A DNA stretch of 64,000 nt from Phoronis australis (GCA_002633005.1 NMRA01000225.1:591115-655114); one strand, 5' to 3'; positions 11,797-26,654 are shown, numbered from the stretch's first letter. Notes: generated from the sequence alone by a model not told the origin. Program-made: numbers and translations.

Positions 11797-14700
11797 TCAC
11801 ACATGGCACATCTGCCACATCAGTACTGAACACAAGTCCATGATCTGTAAATACTCATCAGCGCCATCTGACAGGCGTTTCTCAACAACCTGAAAGAGAC
11901 GAAGCAGGACTAAATGGCATGAAAACCTATAGTGCACAGAAATTTTTAGCTTCCAGACTAGTTTTAGAACTACAAAATGCGTGACATATAAAAATTAATG
12001 CTACTAACTACAGACCCATGTTCCGTCCAAGGATTCTTTTGATTTAGACCTCTTGCTGCTATAAAATTGGTCTCTTACAAGAAGTGATTTCTCAATTTGA
12101 AACGAACTGACAATTTGTTATTTGTTAAGACCATGCTGGGAGCAAGCAAGAACACGACATGACAAGCCAAGTTGTAGAACTCTATCTCAAGAAATAACAG
12201 ACAGTCCGGTCATGGAAGCCGTGAAATTACGTTGGATTTGATTACAAAGGGGCAGTTTTGAGACTAATTTCACAATGGCCTCATACCAAATTGGACCCTT
12301 CCGCCAGGACACTGTTCAACTGTGATAATCATTAGTAGACCAAAGTCTGGGATAATAATTGAGGAAACTGGTGCTTTTTAGGCAGTTCTGTGAAGGTCAG
12401 TGTCAACATTTCTAAGAAACACCCCAGTTTCATCAATTAGTCTTTTTTACTATTCATTATCAACTCAAACAATAATACCAAAGCCATGAACCTGTCAAAA
12501 AAGCATACCAGATTTTGTGTATTGAATTGTTAGTAAGTAGTCTCAGAACTAATTTCTAAAATTACTGTGTGTCATTATGGAAATTTTGACCCCAATTTGT
12601 AACAGATAGATTCACATATGTTTTTTGTTTGACTCAACTTCAGGCAGAGAGCTAGCATGAAGATACTAAAGAAAGGCTTGTTAAGCACTGAACAGAGTCT
12701 GTAAACGGACTACTTGATGTATATTTTGGTTGCCTTCAAGGTGCTTCAAAACAAATATGCAGTTGCGCAAAAATGGCCGAAAAACCACTTATAGCAGGAA
12801 TTTTTGCAAAAAATCTACTATAAACTTTACTTTTGTGGGCTGAAAAAGCAGTTATTCGAGAAAATGAGTGTGATGATCAAGACACAACTACCCCGTGAAT
12901 AAGCCAGTCCTGAGGTACTTTCCCTGTCCAGTCCCCCACTCCCTCCTACCATAAATCTGCCGAGAAGGGTTGGTAGGAAAGTAAAATATTTGTTGATGCA
13001 ATGCATACACCATATTAATCATGAAGATGATGATGATGATGTATAATTCACAACTAATATAAACAACAATTTTAGTGCAACAACTTCATTTTTCAAAAAG
13101 GAATTAATTCATTTAATTTGAAACCTTGGAATTGGTTGAAAAGGATAATGTCTTCAAGTGTACCCGTCTCAAAATGAGATCGAGACAGATTTACGCAAGT
13201 TGAATTTAATGAGATAAGTTATCTCTCGCTTGAAAGAGAATTGGTTTTGAATCATGCACACTAAACTCATCAAGTATTCTACCTAGTAATCACAGTTAGG
13301 GCTCTTTAATAAAAAATGTGTCAAGCGTGATATCAGCTGCTTTGAAAGGAGACGCCATTTGTGCAATACCTACCGCGAGGCGCTCAAGAACCGCGGCCTT
13401 CTGGGAGTCCTTCAGATGTCCAGACATAACAATAACTTCATGAAGCTGAACCAAAATCTGAGCAGCTGAATGACCTTCAGAGATGACCTCTGTCACGACC
13501 TTTTCAAGTTTATCATAGGAATCTGACTCGCACACTTTGACAATAGTGTTTAGAACACTGTCGGGGATGACCTATATGACAGAATACAAAGTTCAAGGAA
13601 CCGAACTTCACATAGCAGTAAACTGACATTAGACTGATACCACTGAAGCCAAAACTTTTGTGTAAAGCAAAATCGAAATTATCGGAACACTTAAGTGCAC
13701 AATCTGTACTACTGAAATTCATCCTTAAGTGAAAATACGTCTTGCAAAAACAAAATGCCAAAAATGTGGCACCAACCCTTCCCTAACTCCGACAGTATAC
13801 AGTTCAAAGTCGTCAAAATGACGGCTTACACGAGACTCGTAACTGGGCTATGCCATTGCTTTTAGCATCATCCTGAGGATGGCAATTTAAGCTAGTTACT
13901 TGTACTGCTACAAACACGGTGACCCCAAAAATGTTACCACATTATTGGCTTTTAATTTAGTTTTAAAGAAATCACAGTCAAACGTAAAAAATAAAAACTA
14001 CTAAGAGTGGACATTTCTATCAAATTACTAAAAATAAAGTTACTTTGACTTATGATTTGTTTCTAAATGTCTAGTTTTGCTGTTAGCGTAATTACAAGTG
14101 GCTCTACAATCTTTATGGCCATGTAAACTCAAAAATCGTGCTCTGGACTACAACATCTTCAAATTATATGTTAGAAATCTTTGCACTTCAACATGAACAG
14201 CTTGGACAGTATATCGAAACAAAGCATTAACTGGCCCTTGATGGTTCAAGGATGTGAATTATTGCTCTTCACTAGTGGCCAATTCTGAGCGTAATGATGC
14301 AGACGTGTTTTCCAAGTTTTTGAGTATTTTAAGGAGAAACAGGGGTGTTACAACAGGATTACCAGTGGTTCCAGAAGGACGGGAACGGCTACATCTAGTG
14401 TGACGCTTGATTGGCTTTGACAGATTTTTGGGATAGAAGAAGTGACACTGAATGGAGAGCACACTCCCTGGTTTGAGTGTTTATTTAAGAGGGCATTTGA
14501 AAGATAGTTATCCAAACAGCATTGAGGAGCTGAAGGAAAATACTGCAAAACTCAGCAAACTACGCTTCAACAGTAGACACAGCAAAGCAAGTCAGGTAAT
14601 AAAATGGCAATGAATCAACACTGGGTTTTTAATTTTGTAAGAATGTCATGTAATTTTAATTTTTTAATGTTGGTTGTGATTTTTTCAGTCTAGATTAATC

Positions 14701-17700
14701 ACAAAAGAAGCTAAAATATAAGCAATAGTTGGATATCATGTGCCTGCATTTTGATAATCAGTTTTCGCCCAATTATTCAGTGAGTAACATTTTTGGGCCA
14801 CACTGCACTATAAGTTAAAACTTTGTTTGACCCAAAGTCAGTTTACAGCGGGTTTGGTTACTCACACCGACAATGTCAATGATATCTTTTTCTGTGATTG
14901 GTTCGTCAGCTTTCAGCCGGGATGCACTCTGTAAGAATGTGATGGCCTTGCGCAAGTCGCCCTCTGACGATGTCATAAGTGCGTCTAAGGCCTGTGAACA
15001 AGATCATAGTCGGTCAGAGCATTGACAAATAATCATGATGTCTGAGTGGACTTTAATTGATTAACATGTATTACTCATCAGACAAAATCTCATCAGGAGC
15101 TGCTCCACGCGATAAGTCGAAATCGTGACAAGTCATCTTGCATTGCCACTCAAAAAAAAACACAATTTGGAACTTGGTGCAATGGGATCGCATTAAACCT
15201 TGTGAAAAGTTCAACAAAAATTGTAATTCATTTCCACAAAAGTTTTACAGAACTGCAAAATTATCCTGGCAGGCAGTTCCTTCAAGTTTCACAGACATAT
15301 TGATGTCTGTCTAGTTTATGTTTTTTAAAAGAACTACAGTAACAGTACTCATGAACAAGAAGGGACACCGAAAGTGAAAACCTCACTGAAAACAATCAGC
15401 TATCCAATTAGTTGCAGCTGCTGCAATTGTCACCACGAACCACGATCAGCTTACATAAGTTTACATGAAAATTTAAATACAATCTGGAACCTTTCAAGAC
15501 AAAATGAAAGTTCAATAGAGAAGCTGAGTATAGGAAAACATTGCTGAAAAGGTCACAAGTGCGCTTAACGCAGCTACAAGCCTTACAGCATTACAAATGT
15601 CAAATTTTAATTTAAACACTTGCCAGTATGAATGTGGTCTCAATAGTCAAATCCGAGTTGATTCCAGAACTTCGAAAGAGCTGACAATTCGCTATCACTT
15701 CAGATCGAGCTCTACAAGATGACTCATCACAGTATGTCATATCACACACTGAGCATGGCGACGAGGAATAACAAACTTTCAGATCATTGCAAACGCAGGA
15801 ATCACATTCCACCTGAGTAAGGAACACACTGAGAACAGGTACAAGATCTAAAGATAGGTTAAAACTTTAAATGATGGATAGAACTATAAGACATTTTTCA
15901 AATACCCTTATCACAATACTGACCTCTTTGTCACATTTCACATTTTCCTTGTCACAAATCTCCTTCAGTTTATTAAGCATGATTTCGGAGGCTAACGGCT
16001 TGAAGCGGAACTTGGCACAGCGGGATGTGATGGGCTCAATTATTCGACTGACATAATTGCAGATAAGGCAGAAGCGAGTTGTCTTTGTCTGCTTTTCCAT
16101 GGTCCGTCTCAAAGCCGCCTGCGGAGAACAAACTTACTTTTCAATCAAATCCTTACAGAAACATGGAGGCATCTCCGAAGTATGTACACCCAAACAGAGA
16201 CTGAGAGGGACTTCTCTGACAATCCTATTCAAGTAGAGAATAGATTCCTCAAGCACCCAAATGACATGTTGTCACGGAGACAATGAGCATAACTGTGATT
16301 CAGATATTTCAAACCCAACTTGCAGTATATGCGAATTGGTAAACAGATCTGCCTAATAAATGAACAAATTGTACAACTCAGATGCTGGTCTTTAAAATGA
16401 ACTTTCTACTTGTAACCAGTAGGATACCTGGACACTCATCAAAAGTAATTGAACACATACCTGAGCAGCAGATGTCATGGAGTCGGCCTCATCCAAGATG
16501 ACTATTTTAAACGGTGGACACCGCCTGCCACTGTAAAATAACACTTATATTATGAACATTTTTAATTGTCAGCATTTCTGTTGAGAAACTAGTCATCCTG
16601 ATGGAGTAATGCTACTTTGATGTGCGGCAACGCCTCACCAACAGTTCACATACAACAGTGAGAAATCCAACCATGTGCTCCATGAAACGAGAAATTACCA
16701 GAACTTTACCCATCGGTACTTTCTGTTTGCATAGAAATGTCACATACTGGCACTCACCCAGGTCCAAGAAGACTGGATAGAAAATTGCATTATGATACAA
16801 ATTGCCTTTGTGCAAAAACCAATAAAGTGACAGACATGGAACACTATTTAAACAAAAAATGTACGCTTGACATCCAGTTTCTCGGCTGAATATCTCATGA
16901 CTGGCACTAATCCTCTAAGATCTAACAATCAGGGCATTTACTAGAGAATGTAGCCTGCCTATATACACATTTCAAATGGCGCTACAAAACTTTGAACCCT
17001 CACTAAATGAAGCTCTTTAACATCTTTTCAATTAATCAATCCCATCAAAAATTTGTAGTCATGGCTATGCCCAAGACAACACCAGTGATCTAGTGATACC
17101 CAAGCCCGAACGGTTTAAAGGGACTTATCAGCAAGAAAAGTAATTTCCCAGAAATCAGCAGGAGCGTGGAACCGAACTCACTAGCCTCAAAGTAGCAGCG
17201 CAAGGCTTTGCCGCCGATCCGAATCCCTCAAGTTAAATAGCAGAGCATTATAAGCCTATTTAAATGGCTAAGTCATCAGCCTCGATTTTAGCAAATGTCT
17301 GGCAGACAACAGCAAGAACAGGCGATTTGTAACAAAATCATAAAAACACAGCAGACTTTGTTATAATAGCTGTGGTCAAAACTACAAGCTTGAAGAAGTT
17401 TATCTCAATATAGAAAAGATCCAAAAAAGGCATTTTTCAGTTGTCAAACAGATAATGCCTCCTTAAACAGCAATTAGGACATGAAATTGAAGCGGATAAT
17501 ACATTGTTATAGTACTTAAATCCAAATATGTTTAGTTTTGCTTCTCAAACAGTTATAGAATAATGGTTGTTATGAGACGGGTTAATTATATAATTTAGGG
17601 TATACACAAAAGCTAATGAAATGTCGCACTCCACGGCAATACACAAAATATTTGTTAATTATAAATTATTTTGCCTTCAGTTGCAAAATGTAGCACAGGA

Positions 17701-20700
17701 GACCACATGCAAATATGGACAAATTTGAACACTGCCCTTTCATTAGTTTAAACTTGGGTAAAATTGTCCAGTTTAGGGCAGTCTCTAAAGAAATTGAGAG
17801 ACCAGAAGTGAATCCGGAAATAAAAATTTCTTGATTTTGAAATTTTGACATGGGTGATTTTGCTGTTCTACCAATTTCTCAAATATTAGGCATTGCATTT
17901 TGTATTCAACAGTATCTGAAAATAGACTTCAGTTGGCAGTTCATAAAATCATCACAACAGCTGAGTTCCTACAGTGTATAACATCAAGTTCAATAATCAC
18001 TTGTCAAAGATTATAATTCTCGAGCTTGGGACAGCCAACACGGCATATTTCTAAAATTTGGTACACGTTCTGTCCTTTACCAAAATGATCTTTGGTTCAC
18101 TGTCCCAAACTAGAAAATTCTAACTGTAACAAGCTTCAACACCAGTCTCAGTCAACTACTTACTCAGGCCTGGTTCCGCTAGCGCTGAGATTTGAGAAGT
18201 TTTTCACCTTTTCACGGACAACGTTTATGCCTCGCTCGTCAGACGCGTTCAACTCCAGCACCCTTTCTCGCATCAGGTCATGTCTAGCGGGATATAGTTA
18301 CAGAATACATTATACACATCGAGTAAGTTGAAGTATGCTATGTGAAAACTATATGATTACGTGGACAGTACAAAACTTTTGTGAAGCAACTCCAGGGAAT
18401 ACAAACAGGAGGTGCTATTATTGCCCATTTAAAAAGTGTGAAAAATGAACAAAAAATGTCTTGATTCATTAGGCAACTCTGATATCAATGCCATCAGCTT
18501 ATGTGTCTAGGCACTGAGTTGCATGTCACCTGCTGAACAAAAACTTGCAGTTTGTTCAGGAATGTCAGTTAGGAAACTGTCCAATGTAGGAATTTTGAAA
18601 TGGTCGCGGGACATTTAAACAGGTCGCAAGTGCAGCTAAACCTGTCACTGCAATGAGTTAAAAGCAGTTGTGGAGAACTCTTTATAGTCTAGAAGTTGCC
18701 TTATGATGAATGCAAATTCGTATATTATCCATCGAGGAACTCCAAAGGTACAGACGAAAACAGAAAAAGCATAATTGCCACAAGGGGACACAGCAGCAGT
18801 CCTATTCATCTGAATGTCGTGTCAACCATTGTCAACTCCATATAAATAGGCCTACCAGACGGTTTAGCAAACACAACCAGATACAAAGAAACCGCGCCAT
18901 CCTAAAATCATCGTCAGCTCTCTTCTTTCCAGTATGACCATGTATGTCAATTTTCATAATCATCCTAAGAGTGGTTTAGCCAACAAAGGGGCAGATGCCA
19001 AACACAGACTAAAACATTATAAACAACCATTAGGTGACTATGTTGAATCCATTTGCAAACAAAAACGAAAAGATGTCATTGCCTCTCTAATAGACACCTG
19101 TTTGCCGAATTTCATAAAAATACATCCACGAACACTAATAAAACAAAAAAAATTAAAATTGCCACTAGGCGGCATGGCGGTAGTTGGATCAGTACAAAAG
19201 TCATCACCTGTTGTCACCTTCATACACTTGACAAATTTAACAAAGGGGTTTTAGAAGATACCGCCATCGACACAAAAAACAAAACTGCCAATGGAAGAAG
19301 CCAAAAATCATCGCTAGCTGTCCTCTTCCCAGTCAGAGCACATTTATAATTTTCATATACATCCTTACAGTGGTTTGGCCCATACAGGGGCAAAAACGGA
19401 ATCAACAGTGAAAAAGCCACTAGATGGAGCAAGTTAGGTTGAATCCATTAAAAAATGTGAAGGTGGCGTCACGTTGCTGATACTTATTTGCCAAATTTCA
19501 TGAAAATCCGTTAAGGAACTCGGAAGATACAGGGGCAAACGTACACAACAAAAATTGCCACTAGGGGGCAGACTGGTAATGTATCTGTTTGAAAATTCGC
19601 TCTTTCCGTCTCATTTATGAAAGGTATATACCTCCAAAAATTTATGTACACATCAAGGGGTTTTGGAGATACAGCAGGGACGCTGGGCAGACACCAAAGT
19701 GAGAGACAGATGAACAGACAGAGATAACTGCATAATGCCCCACACATAAATATAAATAATCATTTGGGTGCATAAAAATGCAACATTTCTCCACGACCTG
19801 TTTTAACTCGACGCTGTAACGAGTTTGGATTTTGCCACGCTGGAGTTCGGAAAATGTGAGGGGAGTTTAGAAAGTGCTGCGTCAGGTTTAAACCTGTGGC
19901 CTGGCTTGGCACATCAGCCATCGACACTAACGCAGAGTCTGATTAACCAACATCAATCCCATTACAAACCATTTGAGGCAGTCAATACTATATGTTTAAG
20001 TGTATAACTTTGTATGACACTACAAGAGTTTAAATTATAATTAATAAAATCTGCCAAAAATCTTTACATAACAAAATTTCATGGAGTCAACTAGCTTGCT
20101 TCATCAAATGAATAGTCTGCTTTGTCATTCTAACTTTAAAAGTTTGCAAGTCAATCTGTAAAGAAACAATTTAATTTGCTTAATGAATACAATTTTGATT
20201 TTGACTGACATCTAAAGACAAGTTAGAACTTCATGAGCTCATTCAACTTGACAACAGGTGTCACTGAAAACTAGGTCACATCAGAACTCATAATAGTAGT
20301 ACTTAATATGTCTAATTGATATTAAAATTGTCATTGGTATTATTAAAGGAACTTTTAATCTTTGTTTGCTGCTCTGGGTCTGTCAAATGCTTCGGAGGAA
20401 TTATGAGACACATTTGGTAGGAACGCTGAACTTTGGAGTGTCTAAAAAGTAAGTCACACCAGTGCAGCGTGCAGTTTTAAACCATATATAAATACCTCCA
20501 GCACACCCATGGTTATGATTAGAGATGAGACAATGTCAATAACTGATACTGAACATATCTAGACATTTGGTTTGAGTTTGGATTTTGTACTGTGGAGAAC
20601 ACCTTTTAAGGTGTTTTCATTTCTTACCCATAGAGTTCTCTAGCAGCAGCCAGAATGGTTGATGTCTTTCCTGTGCCTGGAGGACCATAAAATAACAAGT

Positions 20701-23524
20701 TTGGTAACTGAAATAAATGGTCAGTAAAAAACACTGTAAACACACATGAAAACATTCAGTAAGACATTCAATGAGTGCAGTTACCAGAGAAAATGTACGT
20801 GGCAGAGCCATCTGTGTCTTGATACAGTCTCACTGCCTATCATAACAAACAGCCTTGCCAGTACTGTCACAATGTCACTCAAAACCAACTCAGAATCGTC
20901 TTTCGAATTACAAAAGGTTTTTGATTCCAATTTGGAAAGGATTTCCGACACAGTAAAGCATTACCTACAACTGACTCATGCAGCGACTTCTTCTGAATCA
21001 AAACAGATTGAAGTATTACAGAAAAGCTGACCGCCTAGAGGGACTTTTTCAACACATTGAAGTATTTCTTAAAGGTGAACCCTACAGGGACGTTTTCAAC
21101 ACAGTAAAGTACTACATACATCTGACCCCTCCAGAGACTTCTTCAACACAGCCACAACCTCGTCCTGGTGTGCAACCTCCTCCACTGTCTTAGGGCGACT
21201 GAAAAACAGCAGTCCTGAACATTTTAAAAGCAATTAATATTCATTAAATTTCTCCATTAGGCCTTGTAATACCAACTTGATACCAGAGAAGTGTCAAATG
21301 CAAAGTGTTAAGTTAGTTGAATCTCTTTGGCCTGCTGCGGTAGCTAACAGACAACAAAGTAATCGAGAAGATCGAGCTCCAAAAAGGTTACGAAGTCATT
21401 ACTTCTATTAAATTTCAAGGAGTGAATATATGTTCACATAACAAATGAAATGAAGTGTTTAAAGTGAATACTTGAATATAACATCAAGTAGCATGACAAC
21501 GTGTGTCATAACAGGCAGCGACATCTGACGGTAACTCTGAAATGAACCATTCACACAGCATCAAAGTGTTGACGGTGTGCTGTCAAATCCACTCATTTAC
21601 CGTGCAATTTCGCTGCACTGTTAACTCCAATCCAGGAACAAACTTAGTTAACCGTTCATGCAGTCAGACACTCACAAAACATTGATGCGTCGTGCTGCTA
21701 TGGAAAGCCTCATGAATTCACACATCGTTAGTTCATGAAAGCTCCAGCACCAGGCACGCAGATGCTTAAAGTAGATGCAAACAAACTAAGCAGTCTGAGA
21801 TACATAGTTACATACCAGTGTTCTCCACAATACCAATTCCAAACTCGAGGCAAATTTCAAGAGTTCAGTATCAGTTGTCAACACTATCTTTTCTTTAGTC
21901 TATAGCCTTCACGACTCCACTAGAGGTATTTATGTATGTTTTAAAAAATAATGTACATTGAACTTGGTCAGGTGTGACACTTTGTAGGGCCTACACGTGA
22001 AAACCGCGAATTGTGGTCGAAGTGCCCATTCAGCTGACGACGGTCTCATGAATAAAAAAGTTGTTAAAAGCACATGGCCAGAAAGCGCGCGCTACATACG
22101 TGTCACTTGTCATCGCAGACATTAGTTTTCGGGTAGCACATCGGCTAGAAATATAGATTGGCACTTATTTCAGAAAGTTTCTAATGCCGTAAAAACTGTT
22201 GAGTTATTTTTAAGAGATATTGCTTTATCAATCCATTTTTAATGTATTCATAATAAGTGTTTTTAAAGTAAAGTACCTAATAAAATGCCCCACTCATAGT
22301 GGACACCTTCGCCCCCGAATCTCCCGGAAAATAACTCAGACTGTCACGCATCCAGTCACCCGGCGACTGAATGACTTTCGGCCTTGGGCCATATCGAGAC
22401 AATTCTCGCACGTTTTAATGTGCTGAAAAAAAAACGCGTTCTCGTGATACTGCTTGTGTTATTTCTTTAGTTACAATGCACGCCTATGTCGTTACATTGC
22501 ATTTACTCCGGCAAACGAACGCTGATGACACGCGCTCTCGCTCACTCACACACGCAGGCGATCTTTTAAACGTGACTACGACATGTGAGTTTGTCAAGAG
22601 ATTTTTCTCATGTTTCTGGGTACGATCTTGCGCATATTTAAACGGATCTTGTTCTGAATACCCACTCCACAGGAACTTAAATCTTAGGGACGCTACTTGG
22701 AAAACTGAAGTGAGTATTTCAGGTAATTTGTTAAGTCAACTATATTTATTCAAGCTGCCCTGTCGACGATCACTAGGCAGGGGCGCATCTTCGAGTTTTC
22801 GCCCAGGGATTTCAGCACAATTTTCTATAAAACTATCGTAATTTATCAACGAAGTTTGATAGCAATGCACCACAGTTTTGTAGATACATCACATAGCGTA
22901 AATTCGATGAATCCTAGCTTCCGATTTCACCCGTTTCAGAGACCGGGTTTTCACCGCCTTGGGTTACATATGAATAAGCGTCTCCCCCCCGAAACGAATT
23001 TTACTAAGGGCCCCGGGTGCCTTATTACGGCGAATATCATACTATTAACTGCCTCTTGGTAAAGTGAACTATGTTTACTGTTGGTAAAATCAGGCTAAGA
23101 TTAGATGATGAGGGCTGACGTACCACGTCAGCCAAGGTTTGAAACCTGGCGCGGCAATTTTTAAACTTGACGCGCTTTACCGAAACTCGACGCAGCAAAA
23201 TATAAACCCGTTACCGTGTCGAGTCAAATCAGGTCGTGGAGAACACTGCATACATACAGACACTCCAACCATTTAGTTAAATAATACCCACAAACAACAC
23301 AACTATCATTTGACAGACACATAGAACTGAACACAGAATTTTATATGGAAATCAAACAAATCAAACTGCATTAAGTTCTTAACAACTGTCAGCCATTACT
23401 TCACCACAATGCTGACGCCGACTTACTACTTCTCAACCCATGGAATGAGTTTGGGTTTGCCAGAATTTTTCTCTTTTGTTTTACTTGTCACAGGCTGTTT
23501 CGAACTTTTGAAAAAGGCCTCCAT
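11797..23524 (-). CDS. RFC4: Replication factor C subunit 4, ~352 aa; exons 23524-23427, 21198-21120, 20707-20628, 18283-18164, 16530-16461, 16118-15924, 14991-14866, 13571-13374, 11889-11797
   Basis: The spliced frame gives [23 protein letters not shown] (Walker A), [61 protein letters not shown] and DGADEYLQ. All junctions are GT-AG with consistent phases, ending at TGA. Confidence 0.95.
18880..19745. repeat. Intronic repeat with diverged ~370-bp tandem subunits
   Basis: AAATCATCGTCAGCTCTCTTCTTTCCAGT (~18904) matches AAATCATCGCTAGCTGTCCTCTTCCCAGT (~19305). GCCACTAG(G/A)NGG recurs at ~19161, 19417 and 19557. Confidence 0.6.
19783..20603. mobile_element. MITE-like element with decayed CAGTGTTCTCCAC-type termini (copy A, RFC4 intron 3)
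   Basis: The left end is TTCTCCACGACCTG and the right end is GTGGAGAACAC. Both subterminal regions are inverted homologues of the ends of 21816-23248. Confidence 0.6.
21816..23248. mobile_element. MITE-like (hAT-type termini) element with a 13-bp TIR (copy B, RFC4 intron 1), carrying a nested repeat
   Basis: CAGTGTTCTCCAC at 21816 and GTGGAGAACACTG ending at 23248 form a perfect TIR, flanked on both sides by CATAC. Confidence 0.7.
22500..23040 (+). repeat. Dispersed repeat, diverged copy of ~59100-59625 (probable DNA-transposon end)
   Basis: AGCGTAAATT(C/T)GATGAATCCTAGCTTCCGATTT(C/T)ACCCGTTT and several upstream blocks occur colinearly at both sites. Confidence 0.7.
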
Positions 23525-26500
23525 TTTCTGAAAAAAGAGAATGTCGCTAAGATGACAGGCAAAGACTAACACGAACAATTCGGAGTGCTGATATGCACCC
23601 ACCATGTGCATCACACGCATTGCTGATCCAAGGATGACTATTATTTTAAATGTCACCAATAGAGGGAGCAGTGCTAGTAAATTGAAAATAACCTGTAATA
23701 GGTGTAAAGCAAGTCAACAGTGCACTCCTGAATAGGAACACACCAGTCCTAGTTTCATCATGATTCTTCAAGCAGTTTGGAGGACAAGGGGCTGGGTGAT
23801 TAAGAACAAACACAAAAGCAATAAAAAGGCCACTAAAAGGCATGACATGGGCTAAATTCATCTGATACAGGGATGTGCTTCCATGTAAAATCAATTGGCC
23901 AAATAAAAGTCTTGACACAAACTCAGCGTCTTTAAAGATGCCACTCCTCCTTGAGTAAACTAAATTAGTTTCCAGAGCTAAAAAATGCAATCCCATGTTC
24001 TATCATTGTTCCATTCTTGGTAAATTTGCGAAGTGACCTTATTATCAGCTTTCAGCGTCATATAATGGACCGTGATCATATAGGACAGATTATTTCTTTC
24101 TTTAATAAGGCTAACCTACCCGGGTTTTCAAGTTAAAAATACCTTTTTGTTCTTCTTAAAGCCAGCAAATTATAGAACAAAACTACAGCATAATTATTTT
24201 TCACACATGTAACAGGTAAGGTGAATGTCACAACAATCCTAGACTTTGCTAAACAACACGTAGCCATTTGCTGGCTATACAGGGCTACAGTACTCATCAA
24301 TTTTTGTACTGATCTCATCTCGTGTATTTTATATGAGCAGTAGGCGAACTACAGTCACTAAATAAGGTGTTTTCATCCCATCAAAAATACCTTTTACACT
24401 TAAAATTGTCCCTTAAATAAGGGCTTCCTTTCTGGTTCAACATATATTCTCGATGAAGCATGTTTACCTGAATTAAGATCATTATGGAAAAGAATTTAAA
24501 TCCCACTTATTTTGGTTGCCGCGATAACCACAGATAATTTCAATTCACCTCACGCGAGTTAGGCAACAAGCACGAAACTGAGCAAAGCACATGACCTGGT
24601 GCGTGACACTTGCAAAAAGTAATATGGGATATATCCAGTGAAATTTGTAAAATTTGAGTTCCCTGGACTTTCTGTTCGTCAACAGGCATGATGTTTAAAA
24701 ACTTTCGCTAAGAAGCACCCAGTAAGGGAAGCTTGAATGAAATGTGATAGATTTCCATGCATATGTTTAAATTATGCTAATTAAATTGTCTCCAGAGTCA
24801 TGGTATGTGTTAATTATAAATGAATGCATGTTTCGCTGCATTTTGAAATGAGTTGTTTTCTGTGAGGCATTCACAAGCAATGAAATGGCTCAAGATTGTG
24901 CATGCACCCCGACAAGTCATTAAAGCTCTGCTTGCAGGGATAATTTTAACAGTGCGTCCCGCATCATTTGTGATTGCTTAGCTTGGACCAACGGGTCCCT
25001 TAAAATTGGAAAGGAATAGGGACAAAAATCAACATTTCCCATAGGGCCATAGGTCCACTAAATTGACCCACTCGCATTGAGGCTGCGTGGGTCAATTCAT
25101 TCATACCCAGGCTTTTCTAAAAAGAAGATCATAGATCCCTGTATAGTTCATCAACTGATCAATGATTCATCTCGAGGACAATTCGACCTTGTAGAAGTGC
25201 TTGGGCCACAGGATGTAAAATTTTGAAGGCCTGTGTGGTAATAGCCTAATATCCCGTTTCAAACCTTGTCGACAGTACATAAACAATAGAATGAAGTGTC
25301 GAACGCAGATACGGTTCGTAAGAAAGATGACGAGTCTTGCTCCCGCCAGGAGATCCACGTCATATCTCCTGATGCACACCAGTGTTAAAAATGACCAGTT
25401 GCTGATTTGGGTAACTGAACAAAGAACTAGCTGCTCTAAAAAAAGTTTGATTACGGATGGAATTAACGACATCGACGGCCTCCTAAGCCAAAGGTGTCCC
25501 TCTTTGCGCAAAATAATGTAATCACATGTAATAACAACAGTACCTGACTTTGTTTGATGTTTCAATCATTGTGAGGCGTAATTTGCCGAAAAGTTTCCGG
25601 TTTAGGAGGCGCTATATGAGCTTCACTGTGCCGACGATCATTCACAATGTTGACACTGTCTAGCCTAGCCCTAGGTCTAGGCCAGGTTACGTGCCTGGCC
25701 CAGTCCGAGACTGGGTCGGGTGACGAGGCTGGCTGTATACTAGCCTTGGCGCAAAGCTGTATACTAAATATACAGCTTTGCACCCATGAGGGTAAAAAAT
25801 GGTAAGATAAAATCTGACACAAAATTATTTTTATTAAAAACTTAACTTCCTTGAGTAAACTGAATTATTTAACGATGTTGGAAAAAATGGCGTTCTACCG
25901 TTATTCTGCTACTAATGTTGTGGAGTGATCTATAACGAAGTCTTTCGGCGCCACGAAATATTGCGTCACCTATTGGCCTAGTTTCTTTTTTCGCCGATTC
26001 TTCAATCAACTTCTTCCATGAGGTTGCGTAGATGTCACAACAAATTATCGGAAATGGTTTCATTTAGTAACAAGTTAGAATTTTGATGCCGAAAAATTGA
26101 ATTTCAGAGGAAATTTTGCTGCTGCCAAGCTACCATCATCTCCCGAGAGATGTCGCAAAAATTTAGGAAATGTCGCATGAGCGTGTCACGAGTATTGTTT
26201 TCAAAACGACGACATAACTATTATTTGTTACAAAAATCAAAGGATTACGCATGAAATTGACGTTAGTTGCATTGTTTTTCACTTAAACAGTTGTAACAGG
26301 CAAGGTGAAAGTCTGTTGATTCCCAGATTTTGCATGCACCCCGTCCGGTCTTTAGCTCTACATATTGATACAGGTTTCACGGGGAGTTGACGAGCAGAAC
26401 TACCCTGCCTGTGTGCAATTTCGGGGTCTATAGAAGAAAACACACAGTGGTACTTAGCTGTATTTTGATGACAGTATTCATACAGCTAGCTGGCTGGCTA

Positions 26501-26654
26501 GCAGAATACGCAGTCGACATTAGATCCATATCCTGCATAATTGTGCATGATTGTAGCCAGGCATGATCATGCAGTTAAGTCACCCAGTAAGCTTTTATGT
26601 GGTCGTGTATACCATACGTAATCCTGGGATTGTTGGGAGCAAGGACACATGCAT

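Noticed and set aside
25167-25822. ORFs between RFC4 and GTF2F2
   Set aside because: They have no recognisable domain or splice structure, and may be decayed transposon sequence in the RFC4 5' intron.
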